Positions 60,885-64,000 of a stretch of 64,000 nt of DNA are shown in pieces. Position numbers and translations under genes: made by a program. The notes under the pieces are model-generated. The model saw only the letters and a program-made list of their open reading frames with translations, was not told where the DNA came from and made no database searches. This DNA is from an uncultured Chlamydiae bacterium. Its GTDB lineage: Bacteria > Chlamydiota > Chlamydiia > Chlamydiales > Parachlamydiaceae. Each line of letters starts with the position of its first letter. The stretch's first letter is position 1. The stretch is taken from the NCBI GenBank assembly GCA_963754655.1, contig CAVWGN010000001.1, positions 320,001-384,000 on the forward strand. Direction: 5' to 3'.

Positions 60885-61514
60885 ATGAATCGCAAAGAAA
60901 TTGCTCGCAAAGCGCAGCGCATCCTTAACAAGCTCTATCCTGAGCCCCCTATTCCCTTGCATCATCGCGATCCTTATACCTTGTTGATTGCCGTTCTTTT
61001 ATCGGCTCACTGTACGGATAAGCGTGTCAATCAAGTGACGCCCGTTTTGTTTGCCAAAGCCTCCACTCCCCAAGAAATGACCAAACTACCCGTCGATGAA
61101 ATTGAGCGCATTGTGCATTCGTGTGGATTGGGGCCACGCAAGGCGCAAGCCATTTGGGATCTATCGCACATCTTACTGGAAAAATACAATGGTAAAGTCC
61201 CCGACAATTTTGAGGCTTTGGAATCTTTTCCAGGTGTCGGACATAAAACCGCTTCGGTTGTCATGGCGCAAGCTTTTCATCACGCCGCTTTTCCGGTTGA
61301 TACCCATATTCATCGCCTCGCCAAGCGTTGGGGACTCAGTTCAGGGAAAAGCGTCAAGCAAACTGAAAAAGATCTTAAAGAACTCTTTCCTGAAAAAGAT
61401 TGGAATCGCTTGCACTTGCAATTGATTTATTTTGGCAGAGAACATTGCCAAGCGCGCAATCATCAGGCATCGTTATGCCCCATTTGTTGTTGGATTCTTC
61501 GGCAAAATGACTGA
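60885..61514 (+). CDS. nth: Endonuclease III
   Basis: LLIAVLLSA, HhH motif PGVGHKTA, FPVDTHIHR and a C-terminal Cys cluster; probable ATG at 60885. Confidence 0.95.
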   Translation: MNRKEIARKAQRILNKLYPEPPIPLHHRDPYTLLIAVLLSAHCTDKRVNQVTPVLFAKASTPQEMTKLPVDEIERIVHSCGLGPRKAQAIWDLSHILLEKYNGKVPDNFEALESFPGVGHKTASVVMAQAFHHAAFPVDTHIHRLAKRWGLSSGKSVKQTEKDLKELFPEKDWNRLHLQLIYFGREHCQARNHQASLCPICCWILRQND

Positions 61515-61558
61515 TTCTTTGACTTCGCTTGTGTAAGGTGAGAGCCTGAAAATTTTTT

Positions 61559-63289
61559 TTAATAAATGTGAAGCTTGGGATCCAAAGCATCACGCAAGCT
61601 GTCGCCTACTAAGGCTATGGCGACCAGTAAAATAGTGAGCAAAATGGCGGGCGGCCAAAGCAAATAGCTTTCGGCTGGAAATGCCGTGCGCCCTTCATCC
61701 ATGAGCACACCCCATGAGTTAGATCCTTCTTCGCCCAGTCCTAGAAAAGAAAGGCCGGCTTCGCTGGTAATTGCTCCCATGATAGCAAACGGAACGAGCG
61801 TTAATAAAGGAGGGATGGCATTTGGCAATAAATGCGAAAAGATAATTCTTTTGTCGGGATAACCTAAGGCATGGCAGGCCTCAACATAAAGGAGCTGTTT
61901 TTGACGGAAAAATTCCCCTCTGATGAAGCGACTGAATCCAGTCCAGCCAAATAATCCGATGACAGCAATGACCAAAAAAATTGATTTACTTTGTAAGAAA
62001 GCGACAATCATCAATAGCATAAAAAAAGTCGGCATCGATTCCCAAATTTCGATTAAGCGGTAAACGATCAAGTCCAATTTACCGCCATAATAGCCAGCAC
62101 AAGCCCCAATGGGAACGCCAATGAGTAGCGCAAGTCCAATGGCTAGAAGGCCGACCGATAAAGAAACGCGGACACCGAAAATCAAAGCAGCGACCATATC
62201 TTTGCGATTAATGCGTGTAAGATCCCACCAACTAACAAATTGATTGAGGGCTTCATCTCCGCCTGCATCCTCTTCCCAATGAAAAGGGCGTACAAGGGGC
62301 ATCACTTCATAGTGCAGCAGCTTCACTTGTTTTTCCAGCCAAGCACGTCGTTCTTTTAAATAATGCCTCTCTGCTTCAATTCTTTCATAGCGATCAATAA
62401 GAGTTTTTGCTTTTAAAAGGACGGTTTGATGCGGAGAAACTAGCTTATTCAAGAAATCACAGGCCAACCAAGGAGGTAAATAAGAAAGAGTAGAATGGGC
62501 AGGAATTTGACAATTCTTTTGGACCAGAGCAATAAGCTGCTTTGATTGAAGATAATCCGATTTCAGGGTGTCGATACTTTGTTTCTGCCTTTCTTCTTTG
62601 GCTTGTTCTTGTGCATAAGTTAAATTCCATAAAGTGGGAAAGACGATGGGATTTTGCTTTCTTCGCTTGGCCAATACTTCATACTCCTTCTCATAAATTT
62701 CTAAGCGCTTATGCTGCAATTGGTATTGTTGATAGCGCAGAACAAGATTTAGCTGGGCATAGGAATTGAGCGTTTGCAGCTCTGCTTGCCAGTTTGGTAA
62801 AAGGGGTGAGGCGAAAAGCGGAGTTGCTTGCAAGGCTTTAATTTCTGCTTGGACCTGCTGTTGATGTTCGCGATTAAGCTGCGCATTGAATGTGGGACTA
62901 TGAGGAGGGTCAAAAATTAAAAAGAAAAAAAGGACAAAATGCAATGTCATTATGCTTCCCATAGCCCAAAGGCGCAAATAGCGGAAATGGCTTAGTCCTA
63001 TCCAAGCCAGTACAAAAAGAGGAAAAGTCAACATCAAAAGATTGTAAAAAATATCAAGACGTTTAGTGAAAAATTCGGGATAAAAAAGGTAGCGGAAAAG
63101 AGGAAAGTACCAATGGCCTTGAAACTGCACAACGAGCGGTTTGCTAGATGCTAAAAGGGGTGCATAGATTCCTACAAGAATAAAAAGAAAGACGATAATG
63201 AGCGCAGCGATACCTAGGCGATGGCGGCAAAATTGCCGCCAAACAAGTTGCCAATAAGTGCGATGTAGAGAATGCCTGCGATCTTTCAT
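61559..63289 (-). CDS. oppC: Oligopeptide ABC transporter permease with a long insertion
   Basis: YWQLVWRQF, GVRVSL, YVEACHALG (EAA loop), HLLPNA and DALDPK motifs. Confidence 0.88.
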   Translation of the reverse strand: MKDRRHSLHRTYWQLVWRQFCRHRLGIAALIIVFLFILVGIYAPLLASSKPLVVQFQGHWYFPLFRYLFYPEFFTKRLDIFYNLLMLTFPLFVLAWIGLSHFRYLRLWAMGSIMTLHFVLFFFLIFDPPHSPTFNAQLNREHQQQVQAEIKALQATPLFASPLLPNWQAELQTLNSYAQLNLVLRYQQYQLQHKRLEIYEKEYEVLAKRRKQNPIVFPTLWNLTYAQEQAKEERQKQSIDTLKSDYLQSKQLIALVQKNCQIPAHSTLSYLPPWLACDFLNKLVSPHQTVLLKAKTLIDRYERIEAERHYLKERRAWLEKQVKLLHYEVMPLVRPFHWEEDAGGDEALNQFVSWWDLTRINRKDMVAALIFGVRVSLSVGLLAIGLALLIGVPIGACAGYYGGKLDLIVYRLIEIWESMPTFFMLLMIVAFLQSKSIFLVIAVIGLFGWTGFSRFIRGEFFRQKQLLYVEACHALGYPDKRIIFSHLLPNAIPPLLTLVPFAIMGAITSEAGLSFLGLGEEGSNSWGVLMDEGRTAFPAESYLLWPPAILLTILLVAIALVGDSLRDALDPKLHIY

Positions 63290-63291
63290 CT

Positions 63292-63999
63292 TTAGTCCAA
63301 TGTAATCCGTGGGTCAAGCCACATATAAGCCAAGTCGGCAATGAGATAGCCCACTAATGTCAAAAATGAGCCGGCTAAGGCTGAAAACATAATGACATTG
63401 TAATCCCGGTTGATGACAGCGTCATAAAAAAATTTTCCAAATCCATTGATATCAAATAGGGTCTCGACAATCAAGGATCCCCCAAGCACAATACCCAACG
63501 ATCCTGCAAGGGAAGTGACCACAGTGATGGCAGCATTACGGCCTACATGTTTGAATAAAATCTTTGTAGGAGGCACTCCTTTAGCCCATGCTGTGCGCAC
63601 AAAGTCTTGACGCAACACTTCTAAAACTGCTGTACGCGATAGTCGCGCCTCGGCGGCCAAGCTGCCATACATGATAGCTAGCATAGGCAAGGCAATATGT
63701 TGAAAAATATCGAATAGGCGCTGGTAAGACAATTCTTGGTCATAGAGACGATCAGGGCTAGAAAATCCGCTGATTGGAATAGGAGCATGGGAAAAAGGAA
63801 AGCAATGGTAAAGAGCCACTTTTTCAATAAGAAAGGGGGCTACGACAAAGACAGGAATGGCATAAAGAAGCAGAAAAAACAGGTTAAAGAGGTAATCAGG
63901 CCAGCGCTTTTGGTAGTAAGCCATGAGGAAGCCAAAAAATTGACACACTCCAAATGTCATGAACATAGGTAAAAGGGAGAGTGTGAGGGAATATTTAAA
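63292..63999 (-). CDS. oppB: Oligopeptide ABC transporter permease, 3' part (begins beyond the window)
   Basis: DFVRTAWAKG, IVETLF, RDYNV and DPRI motifs; frame open to the window edge. Confidence 0.9.
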   Translation of the reverse strand, partial: FKYSLTLSLLPMFMTFGVCQFFGFLMAYYQKRWPDYLFNLFFLLLYAIPVFVVAPFLIEKVALYHCFPFSHAPIPISGFSSPDRLYDQELSYQRLFDIFQHIALPMLAIMYGSLAAEARLSRTAVLEVLRQDFVRTAWAKGVPPTKILFKHVGRNAAITVVTSLAGSLGIVLGGSLIVETLFDINGFGKFFYDAVINRDYNVIMFSALAGSFLTLVGYLIADLAYMWLDPRITLD

Positions 64000-64000
64000 G

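Noticed and set aside
4305..63972. Numerous 60-115 aa ORFs antisense to or out of frame within long genes
   Set aside because: Shadow ORFs with no RBS or motif support.

Overview
A 64 kb chromosomal segment from an environmental chlamydia (Parachlamydiaceae/Protochlamydia-like, inferred from the tandem-domain ThyX, paired tyrP, trpS-uvrB, psd, mnmE, nth and oppBC). Housekeeping genes surround two notable things. (1) A ~28 kb hybrid trans-AT PKS/NRPS cluster (about 22.7-50.5 kb). It encodes a lysine 2,3-aminomutase, an AT-TE fusion, FAAL-ACP-C-A-PCP, KS-KR-ACP, KS-ACP-C-A(MT)-PCP-E, a SAM methyltransferase, a possible 2OG-Fe(II) oxygenase, a membrane-anchored penicillin-acylase-type hydrolase, an Sfp-type PPTase and a DJ-1/PfpI protein. 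Together these suggest an acyl-beta-Lys-polyketide-(methyl)Asn lipopeptide, possibly matured by deacylation. (2) A family of nested palindromic non-coding elements (at 0.6-1.8, 15.0, 25.0-26.1, 52.4-53.1 and 57.3-58.1 kb). MITE-like shells carry REP-like doublets, and a 657-659 bp composite has inserted twice into REP arms with 7-bp target duplications. Also present: an IS5-family element with a -1 frameshift site, tRNA-Arg(ACG) directly abutting an ATG, an F-box gene broken by a 10-bp duplication, a 28-aa membrane microprotein missing from the ORF track, and a protein with 40-aa TPR-like repeats and a candidate NLS. All calls come from motif reading by eye; no database searches were run.
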